Below are positions 38,031 to 49,471 of a DNA stretch of 64,000 nucleotides, piece by piece. Source of the stretch: Vicugna vicugna (Eukaryota); NCBI GenBank assembly GCA_013265495.1, contig MU058781.1, forward strand, positions 4,217,050 to 4,281,049, in the 5' to 3' direction. The notes under the pieces are model-generated. The model made no database searches, was not told the DNA's origin, and saw nothing but the letters and a program-made list of their open reading frames with translations. The position numbers were made by a program, and so were the translations under genes. The first letter of the stretch is position 1. Every line of letters starts with the position of its first letter.

Positions 38031-39373
38031 AGTGGCTTCTGAAATAATTCACAGTATCGACAGAAAGGAACAAAAGCACAGCGTTATTACATTACTGCCA
38101 TTTCATTTGGGAAAAGATAAAAAGTGAGAGGGCTAGCTCAGAAGAACTTTCTTCAAACTTATGTTGAGTCATTGGAGAATGTTCACAGTTAGTATCAAAA
38201 TAGGACAAGGATCATGTCAACACATAACATTTATGCCTAATAGATTTACGCTCCCCCATTCGGCATTTTAATTTCCTGGGATTGGCTCACGACACATTCT
38301 CATGTGGGATTCAACATTTAGCAACAAATAAGACTTCCTCCTCTCCTGGCACTTCTTACCCCTCCTCCCCACGGCCCCCATCCATATCCCTGCTGCCTCC
38401 TTCTTCCCACAAAGCTCATTTTTGGCAAAAACAGTTTTCATGAACCACACATTGTAATGAATTAAGGGTCACCCCACAACCACACTTGCATTCTCCCACA
38501 GCCCCCCTGACTTCCACACTCCTCCAGCTATGGGAATTCTCCCTTACACCTCCAGAAAAGAAAAAAAAGATGCGTGAGAAATTCTGTTTATAAGTAGAAA
38601 AGTTATGCACAGAATGTGATGGTTCCTCCACTTTTCTTCTTCTTTTGGGAAAATCCAAAAAGGAAGATGATTTTCAAACATTGTGTGTCCTCTGAGAAAC
38701 TAAAAAATTCAGTGCTGCTTTTCTTTTGGCAGTAGCGAAACAGGTTATGATCATAAATCCACTGAGTTCCTTGTTTTATCCTTTGTAGTGGGAGCTACTG
38801 GCTTCTACCTTGTTAAAGAAGAAAGTTGAGATGTTTGACAGCAGGGAAATTGAAAAGAATTTCAAAGAAGAAGAAGACCTTATAAGTGATAGTTTCCAAC
38901 CTTCTTATTTTAATGCTGAGGTTCACACAGGTGGTCTACCTTGTGCTAAGTCATACACCTCGCCAATGGCTTTTGGACAGCTAAGCTATATCACACCTTT
39001 ACAGCTCACGTCACAGGGAGTTTCAAGCACCTGATCTTCCTGGGTCATCACATCAACCACGTGACAGTGATAGAACCACTGTTAGACCGGCGAGGGGACA
39101 GATGAGTGCCAAGAAGAATGCCACGTCTTAGGATCTAGCCTCCATCACTAAATCCATGTCCTCAAGTCCAACGAACTTTCTTTGTTCTTTGCTGGGCACC
39201 AACTACGCGTTAGACACTTGACTAGACAAAGTACGTGATCTCTGCCTCCAAAGAGCACAGAGTCCCCTGAGGGTAGATAGATAAACAGGTGACCCCAGTC
39301 AAGTATGACAGATGCTCCTCTGGCTGCGGCCATGCAATCGCTTCCGCAGCAACGGTCGCTCCTCCCAGGGAGA

Positions 39374-39394
39374 CAGCAGCAGCAGCAGCAGCAG
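39374..39394. repeat. (CAG)7 trinucleotide repeat
   Basis: Seven perfect CAG units in a GC/CpG-rich patch. Confidence 0.95.
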
Positions 39395-39907
39395 CCCGTC
39401 ACTCACTGGGCCATCGAGTGAGGAGGCGCCCGCAGCTCCGCCTCCCAGCTCAGGAGCATCTGACCCTCCCCGCCTCCCACGCTCCATCTCCGCCTGGAGG
39501 CCTGGAACCTAGATAGGCCTTGGAAACTGAAGCTTGTGTGCTAATAGGATGTTAAAGCGAAGCCACCCTCACCACCCACCCCCAGAGGTCGTTTGTGTAA
39601 ATGTGTTATTCCTGAGCCCTGCGCTTGGTTTCAGGACTCCAGCTCCTGGCACTTTGTTAGGTTTGAAAGTGTTGCTTATCCGGAGAGCTCAGAGATTGCT
39701 TCTGGCAAAGGACTCAAAGTAGGCAGATCCAACCCTTCTCACTGTCTCTCTCTTATTGCCAAAATATAAGATTCTTGGCTTTATGGGGAATTCATGTGAA
39801 CGAATAACCTGAGACTGCAGCTAAAATTAAGTAGGAGAGGAAGGCTGGGAACCATGAGAACTAGGATCTGACCCTGAATCTACCATTTATTAAAATGACC
39901 TCTAAGG

Positions 39908-40126
39908 TTTCTTTTTTTTTGTTTAACATTTTTTATTGATTTATAATCATTTTACAATGTTGTGTCAAATTCCAGTGTTCAGCACAATTTTTCAGTCATT
40001 CATGGACATATATGCACTCATTGTCAGGTTTTTTTCCTCTGTGAGTTATCATAACATTTTGTGTATATTTCCCCGTGCTATATAGTGTAATCTTGTTTAT
40101 CTATTCTACAATTTTGAAATCCCAGT
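39908..40126 (-). mobile_element. Young, severely 5'-truncated LINE-1 3' end (camelid-like)
   Basis: Poly-T then ttttattgatttataatcattttacaatgttgtgtcaaattccagtgttcagcacaatttttcag, recalled as an alpaca/camel L1 3' UTR. Confidence 0.75.
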
Positions 40127-40403
40127 TGCTACCAATCCTGGCACCGTACACATCCAGTGTTCTGTTACTCCATTTTAGGGGACACTTACCGAGTGTGTGT
40201 TACATGCCGGTCACTGTGGTGGGCACTGGGATGAAAAGATGAAAGTCCCGGCCCCCGAACAAGTGGCAGACAGACTCCCTAAAGAGCCAAGCAGTTCATC
40301 AGGATTCAGCAAGAGGCAGGGGATCACAGAAGCGCGCACGGAGGCTGTGGGGCACAGAGCAGTGGTACTATGTTCCTTCCGACCCACTCTGACCCTTCTC
40401 CAA

Positions 40404-40963
40404 CGAACAGGGGCGGAACACGCCACCCCAACACAGGTCACAATGGCACAGTGTTTTGAGCTAAAAGCACTTGAGAGACAGCAGATGCAGGAAGGGCTCT
40501 CCAACCTCCCCTCTTCTACCTGAAAGTAGGACACAAGTTTTCCATGACGAAGGTGCCCTCCATGGGCCGGAAAGAGGTGGATATTCTTACATCCAAGACG
40601 GGGATTTGACACCCGAGATGAATCTGTAAAACAAACCTACTAAAATAACTTTTATCTTCCATTAGTTTCCCCATATATTTCCTAGTCACTTGCCCACATT
40701 TTACTGCTCCTTGTCCAGACCCCCTTCTCCTTTGTCTTGTCACATCTCCACATGTATCGTGCTTTGCAGAAATGGTACGTGAGCTCTCAGGCCTGTCTCC
40801 TCCTTTGATCTTCTTTTCTACGAAGGCTCCTGTGTCATGTAAAAATAGTGATGTCAAATAAAATGTGTTGCTTTTCTCCTATCAATCTGTCTTTTGTCCG
40901 TTTAATTCTCAGGCCCCATCCAAGAACTTAAGAGGGTAGAGGAACAGTCTTCCCTCCTCTATA
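40404..40963 (+). mobile_element. MER34-family ERV1 solo LTR
   Basis: gaacacgccacccca...ttttgagctaaaagcacttgagagacagcagatgcagg...aataaaatgtgttgcttttctcctatcaatctgtc. Confidence 0.8.
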
Positions 40964-40984
40964 CCACTCTCTGCTCTTCCCTGG

Positions 40985-41271
40985 GAGGCTGGCACTTCAG
41001 GAGATCAGAGCGAGAGGAAGGGAGTTCAGGGGTATTTATTTCCCTCCATGGGAGGATGGCTCAACTGAAAACCCCTGCTCATCCTCAACTGACCCAGCCT
41101 CTGCTTCCCCTTCTCCTTGGGGACAGCTTTGTGGCTGCTAACCCCAATTTCAACACCAGTTTCCGTGATTCTGCCCACAAGGTCATAATTAGACCCTTAT
41201 AAATAAATTCTCCTTTAATCTAGACTGATCACAGGTGCTATCTGTTTCCTGCCAGGACCCTGGCTGATACA
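40985..41271 (+). mobile_element. LTR16-like ERVL LTR 3' part
   Basis: ggggtatttatttccc...gtgctatctgtttcctgccaggaccctggctgataca terminus. Confidence 0.6.
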
Positions 41272-41299
41272 GGCCTGAAACCCACTTTGGAGATGTGCA

Positions 41300-41980
41300 T
41301 GCATCAGAGGTAGTCAGGGAAATAGTGAGATGAACAAAGGGGCAGGACAGGAGGACAGGAGAGTGTCCCAGAGCAAAACAAAGCTAAGTCTTGAAAGATA
41401 ATCTTGCAAGTAAGGAACTTCCAACTAAGGAAATGATGAGAAGGGAGAGATCACTTTAGAGGGCATCGTGTGGATGTTCAGAGACATGAGAGTGTCCTGT
41501 GGAAGGTACAATGGTCAATGACGGGAGGGAAGAACTGGTGAGGAGCGGGGATGGTAAATGATGAGGCTGGATGGGGAGGGATGGGCAAGATGGTGAAGGA
41601 CACTGTCCAATTGATGAGTTCCGTCCGAGTCTGCCCTGAAGACAACGGGGTATCACTGAAAGATTTTTAAGCAGAAGAGTAACATGAGCAGGTTTGGGTC
41701 TCAGAGGATTGCTCCGGTGAGCAGCGTGGAAGAAAGCAGGACTGGGAATGGAAGACTGGTTGGCAGGTTCATTCAATGACCAAGGCAACAATCAATGATG
41801 ATTTTGGATTTGTCACTGGAGGCAGGGCCAAAGGGGGGCATATATGAGAACTCGGGAGGAACAGGGAGCATTTGGTGAGGAATCATGTATGGTGGTGTGT
41901 CTACAAGGATGCCCAGGTGTTTTGGTTCGGCAGGTTGGTAGATGGCGGAATCATTCGTCAATAAAGGAAATCCTGAAGGG
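41300..41980 (-). mobile_element. L2 LINE fragment
   Basis: Purine-rich antisense L2 with cactgaaagatttttaagcagaagagtaacatgagcaggtttg. Confidence 0.7.
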
Positions 41981-43830
41981 GGATCCACATTCACTCTTTC
42001 GTTTTCCCCCCCAATGCTCGGATGAATTCCCTCTGATAATTAGCTTTTATCAAGCATTCAGCTTGAATACTGCTCTTCCCTCGGTAGCTTCTGGTTTTAT
42101 TACCCAGCTAATGGGGATAATAGTAGTTCCTTCCTCATATTTAAGAATTAATGAATGGATACATGCACTGTTCCAGGCACAGGATAAATACCCACTAAAG
42201 ATCACTGTCAAAACCAATGTCTAAACTCAATTCAAAAGCGTCAGGAAACTAACTTGCTCACTCAGCAAATACTCTTTGAGCCTCTGTTGTGCCTCTTCTT
42301 GTTTATTCCTTATGTGGACAGCTGTCAAGAAGATATAAGAAAGGGCTTAGACTATTAAAATAATTTATGCTTCCTTCTTTTTCTCCTTTGTATTCTTCTT
42401 CGTCTCCATCTATCTTTCTATCCTTCTCTCCCCCTCTCTCTTTCTAGCATTCTTTCCCCAATATATGTATATAGCTTCCACTTCCAGAAGGAAAAAAGTC
42501 CAGGAAGCCAGATTTTTAAGAGAAGATTTAAAAAAAAAACTTGCCTGAATTATTGATTCATAGCTTTATAATGCACCCAGGATAGTAAGGACATTTATAG
42601 ATTTCATGAGCTGTTTAATATCTATTTGTGGAGCACCACCATGTGCAATCATCTTGGACTCATTATGTTTCTTCGGCTGCCCAATGAGTCATAATGAGCC
42701 TCTGAAAATGTAAAATAATGGGTTAGAACGAGAGGGAATGAAGTAACAGCCAAAGTCAGATATAAAATTATTATTACACAGTCTGTAAGAGCGATCAAGA
42801 CAAGGAAGGGATAGAAGGCCTATTATTACATGCACACACGCGCACACAAACTTTAAGGAGAGCCTGTGGTAAAGGGGGAGGTAGGTGGGGAGCCCTATGA
42901 GCAAGATCCTTAAAGGGCTGCAGATCTATTTTCCATTAAGATTCAAGCAGGAGGGGGTGGGGAGCTCAAATTAGGGAAAGAAATAGAAAAGCCAGTAGAG
43001 ACCCTTTTGAGAAGATGGAGCCCTGTGCTGAGAGAATAAAAGAGACTTTATATTCCAGCACTTAAAATGAAGAGGAAGAGATCACTGCTAAACAGGGCAC
43101 AAGAAATAGCTTCACTTCTCCCTATTAACCTCTGTTCCCCCAAAGAAAGCCAGTTGAAGCAAAGCATGACAAAAGAATTCTATTCGAACACAATGAAGTA
43201 TGTCTTCTGTAATGAGAGCCACGTTTCGAAAAAAATATTAATGTAATTTTCTCTTTTGGGTTGCACGTCTAGGTCCTTCTCCCTAATTGCCTCCAGGGTC
43301 ATCTGTCCAGAGGTCCGTGGCTGTGCTATCTATGGTATGCAAAAAGAAAAAAAGAGTAGATATTCTCTTTTGAGATTCAAAAATCAAAGACTTTTTTTTT
43401 TTTTTTGAGGCGAGACAATAGTCTTGCAAAAGACTCCTTTTTCCTAAGATCCATTGGAATTCCTTTCTCCTGCTTTGGCCTATTAAGCATCAACCAGAAG
43501 CAGCCAGAACCTTGGTGTTCTCCTGCAGGTAGCAAAGTGGTTTCCCTGGAGGTACAGCTGGGCCTTGAGGCTTGCTGCTCCAGGAGAGGAGAAGACACGA
43601 CAAGGGAAGGCAGAGAAGCCCTGCCCTTCCTGTCCCAGGAGATGAGGGGAGGATGAAGAGAGCCAGGGTTGGGGGGTTGGGGGGGTGTGGAATGACTTCG
43701 GAATATCCAAAAGGGCCGGGAAGCACTGAGACAAAATAGAGCAGCACCGCATTGTTAAGAGGATGGGGTGGAGCTGGAGACAGGGCCTAATTTGCACTTC
43801 TGGGAGACAAGGTCGGACCCTAGATGGTAG

Positions 43831-44387
43831 TGAGAAATGGAATAGACAAATAGAAAATAGCCAGGCCATGCTTAAAAATAGAAGCCTGACCTATAATCTG
43901 CAACAATCTGCCCAGAGAGCCAACCCCTTATCTGCAATAATCAGCCTAGGAAGGCAGCCTTTTATAAGTCGGTCTTGTCGGAAGCCAGATTGCTATCGCT
44001 ACTGAGAATTCAGGAAGCCAGACAAAAACTTTTGCAATAATCAGCCCCAGATGACCAGGACTTGACTAAAAACTGACATCTTTCCTAATCTTTGTCCCTG
44101 CTTCCATCTTAGGATCAACAAGAGAAAATAAAATACATACATACCCCAATCACATAGCGTACCTTGCCTCTAGTTAGTCTGTCTGCAGCTTCCCCACACC
44201 AACAGCCTCCCATCAGGGCACACCTCCCCTGTCTTCCCTTTTTCCCCGCTATAAAGCTTTCTCATTTCTCTGCCTGCTTTTGAGACTGCCAAAAAGCAAG
44301 TGATGGTGGCTGACTCCCTTGCTACAGCAAGCTCAAAATAAATTGCCTTTGCTTTTCTCATTTGGTTGGACTTTATTTACTTCCACA
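43831..44387 (+). mobile_element. Full-length ERV1-class solo LTR (MER90-like, family uncertain)
   Basis: TG...CA ends; flanks GTAG/GTAC (3 of 4 match); internal ccaat, ctataaag (TATA) and aataaa in LTR order. Confidence 0.75.
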
Positions 44388-44441
44388 GTACAGCAGCTTA
44401 GACTGAGTCAGTTGATCTAATCTGGGGGTCCTATGGCAGGG

Positions 44442-44799
44442 TGCTTTGGTCTGAATGTTTGTGTCTCCCTAAAATTCATATGTTGAAATCCTAATGACCA
44501 ATGTGATGGTACTAGGAGATGGGGTCTTCAGGAAGTACTTAGGTCATGATGGTGGAACTTCCATGAATGGGATTAGTGCCTTTATAAGAGACCCCCTGCA
44601 GAGATCCCCCACCTCTGCTACCTTGTGAGGACACAGCAAGAAGTAGGCAGTCTGCTACCCAGAAGACCTTCACCGGAACCCAATCACACTGGCATGCTGA
44701 CCTTAGACTTCCAGCCTCCAGAACTGTGAGAGCTAAATGTTGTTTATAAGTTACCCAGTCTGTGGTATTTTATAATAGTAGCCAGCACGTACTAAAACA
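44442..44799 (+). mobile_element. MaLR MLT1A0-like solo LTR, full length
   Basis: TG...CA with perfect 5-bp TSD CAGGG (44437-44441, 44800-44804). Confidence 0.92.
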
Positions 44800-45516
44800 C
44801 AGGGTATAGACTCCCTACCCTGGGGAACAGAATGAGAAATCAGTTGTAAGTGTTACAAATGGCTAATGCTCTGGGGAGATCAAGTCACCCAGAGAGACCT
44901 GCCAGGCCTGAGCTAAGAGAGGGGTCCAGAGTGAGTGTCACCCTGGGCATCAGCCTTGGCTGTAAGAGCCAGCATGGCAGGCAGTCAAGGAACATTGTTC
45001 TGGAGACCCCAGGAACCAGCAGGCCCTTGGCTGTCCCTTTTCTTGCCACTGAGAAGACACACAAGCCACAGCTCTTCCTTTATACACCCAGACATGATCT
45101 TGGAGAGGAACTGGAGAGAAGAATGGAAGTGTGAAAAACTGGGAAGAAAATTGGGCATTTGTACTGAGAGGCTGAGTATTAGCTAAAGGGACTGTTTAAA
45201 TAACTGCATTACTGACTTTGTTGTTACTTCCCCAATAACTGACTCACCCAGAAAAGCAGATCAGTTGTAGGCAAAATATTAAAATGATATTTTCTCTGCA
45301 TTTTAAAAGTGTAGTATAAGCAAAATCGGCAAACTCAACAGAACCAAAGCTAACATATTTTTCCATTCCTGTGCTAAACAATTTTGGAATAAAGCATAAT
45401 TTCCTGGTTTTGAGCTGAACAATGCTGAGACCAGGCAAAAATAACTGATCTACTTGCTCCAATAAATACTTGCTCCTGGGAGATTAGATTGTGGAACCTC
45501 TAAAATATTAATCACC

Positions 45517-45920
45517 TATTCTGCAACTCTGCTGAATTCATTGATTAGTTCTAATGGTTTTTGGTAGAGACCTTAGGGTTTCCTGTATACAGTATCATGT
45601 CGTCTGTAAATAGTGAGTTTTACTTTCTCCCTTCCAATTTGGATGCCTTTTATTTCTTTTTCTTGTATGGTTGCTGTGGCTAGGATTTCTAATACTGTAT
45701 TAAGTAGGAATGGAAAGAGTGGGCATCCTTGTCTTGTTCCTAATTTTAGAGGAAAAGCTTTCAGCTTTTCACCATTGAGTATGTTAGCTGTGATTTGTCA
45801 TAATTGACCTTCATTATATTGAAATACGTTCCCTCTACACCAACTTTGTTGACAGTTTTTATCACGAATGGATGTTGAATTTTGTCAAATGCTTTCTCTG
45901 TGTCTATGAAGATGATCATG
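45517..45920 (-). mobile_element. LINE-1 ORF2 (RT region) fragment
   Basis: gagtgggcatccttgtcttgttcctaattttagaggaaaagctttcagcttttcaccattgagtatg. Confidence 0.88.
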
Positions 45921-46060
45921 TATGGAGACTATAGTCAATACTTTGTAGTAACTATAAATGGACTATAATCTGTAATAACATGGAATCACTGTGTAATATA
46001 CCTGAAACTAATATAACATTGTAAATGAATTATACTTCAAATAAGTAAGTAAAATTAAAG
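45921..46060 (+). mobile_element. LINE-1 extreme 3' end (laurasiatherian type)
   Basis: gaatcactgtgtaatatacctgaaactaatataacattgtaaatgaattatacttcaa plus A-rich tail. Confidence 0.75.
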
Positions 46061-48484
46061 GAAAATAGCTAACTAATCAAAGACTAACAGTTTGCTCATC
46101 AAAGCTCACATTTAGACCCCCACATCTCAGTGCCTACTTATCCACAACTATTCTGCATTAAATTCCGCCCAATCCCAACTAATTCCCTGCCTTGCAAGAC
46201 CCGCTAAAATCACTCAGTGTGGACTCTAAACCTTAAATAATCTTCCCCTGACTTTTCCCTTCTCAGAAGCTTCTAGATTTCGTCAAGGGGATACTCCCCC
46301 TTATTGCCATAAGTCAAAAAAAAAAAAAACCTAGCTTATCTTAGCCAGCAATTTTTTTTCTGGCAGTCTTTTTGGATATGCCATAGCCAATACCTTTTGG
46401 TACTGTATGGTCTGGCTGTGGAATCCTGGGGGGAAACAGCCACGCAGCAAGTTAAGCATGTGGCCGCAGGAAATGGATGAGTTCCCTCTGAGCAAAAATG
46501 GCTATAACTCAAGAGGCCAAAGACCAGAAGTCTACACACAGGAGAAGACATAAGCACATACCCTGGTGGCAAACACACAGGCAGTTTCTCTCCTGGGAGA
46601 GACTACTCACATCATTTTTATTTTCCATCATTCCCTGTACCCAGAAAGAGCGGCAGTTAAATTTAAGGAGAAATGTATAAAAGGGAACATAGCAAATACC
46701 TACCTAACTATATGCACAGATAGAAGGGGTAACTGGGCACGCACAAGTTAGAGGGCTCATTTTTCACTTTTTCCACTCCTTGTAATAGACTCAGTATTTT
46801 TAAAATGAGGAGGAGGAGGGGGAGGAAAAGAAGGTGGTCCGCTTTTCCTAAGGCTCTTGTGGACGAGATAACCTCATGCTCTCCCGCCCAGGCCCACACA
46901 AAGAGAGGCTAAAAGGTCGGCCAGTGGTCTACGGAAGAAACTGGAAAAGTGAGCATATCCGAGCCACCCAGGCTTAACAGCTTCCCTTTGCACACGCGCT
47001 TGACCCAGTCCCTGTTTGTGGCTCCAGGGCCCGACTGTGGGGGCCCAGTTGTCGGAGGAGACCCAGAACCAGGCTTCATGTTTTCCACATAAGCATTTAG
47101 ACTGTATCTTGACTTCGAGAACTAATTCCTTGGATGCCTTAGTCTGCAAATCTAATCTGTGTCACCCCCCAACCCCGAGTGCTTTATTCCCCCTGCTGGG
47201 CTGTCCAGGGAGACCTTGGAGTGCACTTGCTTCTATATTTAGCTCCCAGATGAGTGCCTGCCGAGTCCTGGAAGCAGCCAGAACTCTTTCTCAGCTCCAC
47301 CTCGGCTGAGCTGTCATCTCCTGGCTGTCAGTCCTGATTACACCTCCCTAGTTTCCTGGGCTGCAACTGCCTTGCGTCAGGCCTCCAGAAAGACCCCGCC
47401 TGCACTATGGCTGGTCATTTTGCTTTCTCTCCACCCCACGTCCACCCACCTGGGGGGCCCAGAGCCACCAAACGTCCCAGTGTGACCCGGCAGAAAGGCA
47501 TTTCATCCTTTTGCTGGCGGACACAGTTCTGTTTCTGTTTTTCTCCTTCTGTTGCTACTGTCTAGACCAGCTAGTCACTTCTGGTCCCCTAAACATCTGT
47601 TCTCCAAGCATCTCTTTGCCTAAATGAGTCCTTCAAACCTGCACATCTCCTTACATCATACCAGCTTGTTCTAGCAAAATTAGTTCAAAGAAGTAAGACT
47701 GTATAACTTGGTGGGGAGGGGAAAGAATTTTATGGAAAGCCAAATATTTAAGTGCTTAAAAGTAAGAAAATACTGCACTTCTTTTGTGTAACCATAAAGC
47801 TGAAGCTGTTGGTGGAAATTATAGGACAGGAGCTCTTGCCTAAAATAAAGGAGACTTTCCTAACAGTGATATTATTAACAAACCTTGTAAAGTTTTAAAA
47901 TCTGGGTGCAGATTATTTGGATGTGTTCTTTTTGCAAAAGTTTATCAAGCTAGGTACTTATCATATAAGCACTTATCTGTACATATGTTATTTTTCAGGT
48001 AAGAGTTAATAAAAATGAATAGGCCTGTCTCTTCATTGTTTGCTGGTATGGAGCTGTTGAAGTGGATCCCAGATGACATCTTACTGGGACAATCATGGCA
48101 GATTCATGCCTAGGACAGAAAGCCAGACAGAATGATGGACTGCAGTCTGGAGTGACTGGGGCTTCCACCAGAGGCTCATGACCTCTCTCCTTAAACTCAC
48201 CCAGCAGACCTCTGACCCTTCCCCAAAGCCCAGCGCTGGAAAACGGTGGTGGGGATTCCCAGGGGAGCTCATCTGAATACAACTAGACCCCCAAGAGTTC
48301 TGATGCCTAAAAATTGTATTTGTACAACAAATACCACCTGACATATTGCAAGGGCAAGGATTTAAACTGATCATGAAAAATATAAGCAAAGAAATATGGG
48401 AAGCTATTATCAATATAAGATTCTGTGAAAAAATTGTGAAGAAAAATAAGGAAGTTCATGCAATATATACAGAAACACTTTGGG

Positions 48485-48690
48485 TTCAAGCAGCCTGATG
48501 TTCCAAATGCCCTACACACGTTACTCGTTTATTTCCCAGAACAACACGAGGTGGGTGCTATTATTAAGCCCACTTTACAGATGAGGAAATGGAGGCACAG
48601 ATTGGTTAAGCAACTGGCTTATGATTACAGGCAGAGCTGGGACTGGAACCCCAGACTATCCCTGAGTCCAGCCCTTAACACTGTAGCGCT
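48485..48690 (-). mobile_element. MIR SINE
   Basis: cccactttacagatgaggaaatggaggcacagattggttaagcaact. Confidence 0.82.
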
Positions 48691-49246
48691 CTCAGGCTGG
48701 ACTAAGGAGCCCAAAGAGGAAAAACGGTAGAATGAAGGCAGCTAAGGAATGAACCTACGGGCTGGGATATTAAGCTAAGGAGCTCTTCCTGGAAGTATAA
48801 GGAATGGATAAAGGGATGGAAAATATAACAGGAAAGCCAAGAAAGCCAAGAGGATGAAGTCAAAAGTGCCAACACTCGGATTATAAGAGACCCGGAAAGA
48901 GGGAAAGAAGTGGAGAATAGGAGAATTCTAGGATTTCTAAACCAAGCTGCTTAAGGAAGGTCCTGACACTCTCCTGAACTGGCAGGGGGGGTGAGTTTCA
49001 GCGCCTACAATCTCTGCCTGTCCTGCACCTGCCAGTGGTGGGGATCTTATCAACAACACCCTGAACCCTGACGTCACCATCCCTGCTGGCTTTCAATTAG
49101 GGGGTCACCCTGTCCAAGTCCTGCACCCGGGGTTGGTACTGAGGGAGACACAGGGTGGAGAAAGCAGTCAACTAAAGGAGGAATACTGGCCTCCTCCCCT
49201 GGACATAGCTCACTAAATAGAAACGAGGAAGGGCCTGCTTCCAGAT

Positions 49247-49471
49247 CAGGGGTCAGAAGACTACAGCCCACGGCCAGTCCCGCCTGCCGCCTTGTGTTGT
49301 GAGCCACCTTTTACTGGGGACGCAGGCACGCCCATTCGTTTACCAACTGTCTGCAGCCCACTTTGCCCTCCAACCGCAGAGCTGAGTAGTTGGAACAGAG
49401 ACCAGATGGTCCACAAAGAGAACAAATTATTTACTCTCTGGCCCTTTACAGAAAAAGTTTGCTGACCCCTG
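49247..49471. mobile_element. MER58A hAT-Charlie MITE
   Basis: TIRs caggggtcag...ctgacccctg; 225 bp; ctggccctttacagaaaaagtttgc. Confidence 0.88.

Noticed and set aside
44850..45240. Possible ancient Gypsy-like LTR fragment
   Set aside because: Only a faint recalled similarity (gggactgtttaaataact); too weak to call.
48304..48498. Open stretch of ~64 codons in AT-rich DNA (…ILQGQGFKLIMKNISKEIWEAII…)
   Set aside because: No clear splice sites, runs into a MIR, no recognisable family.
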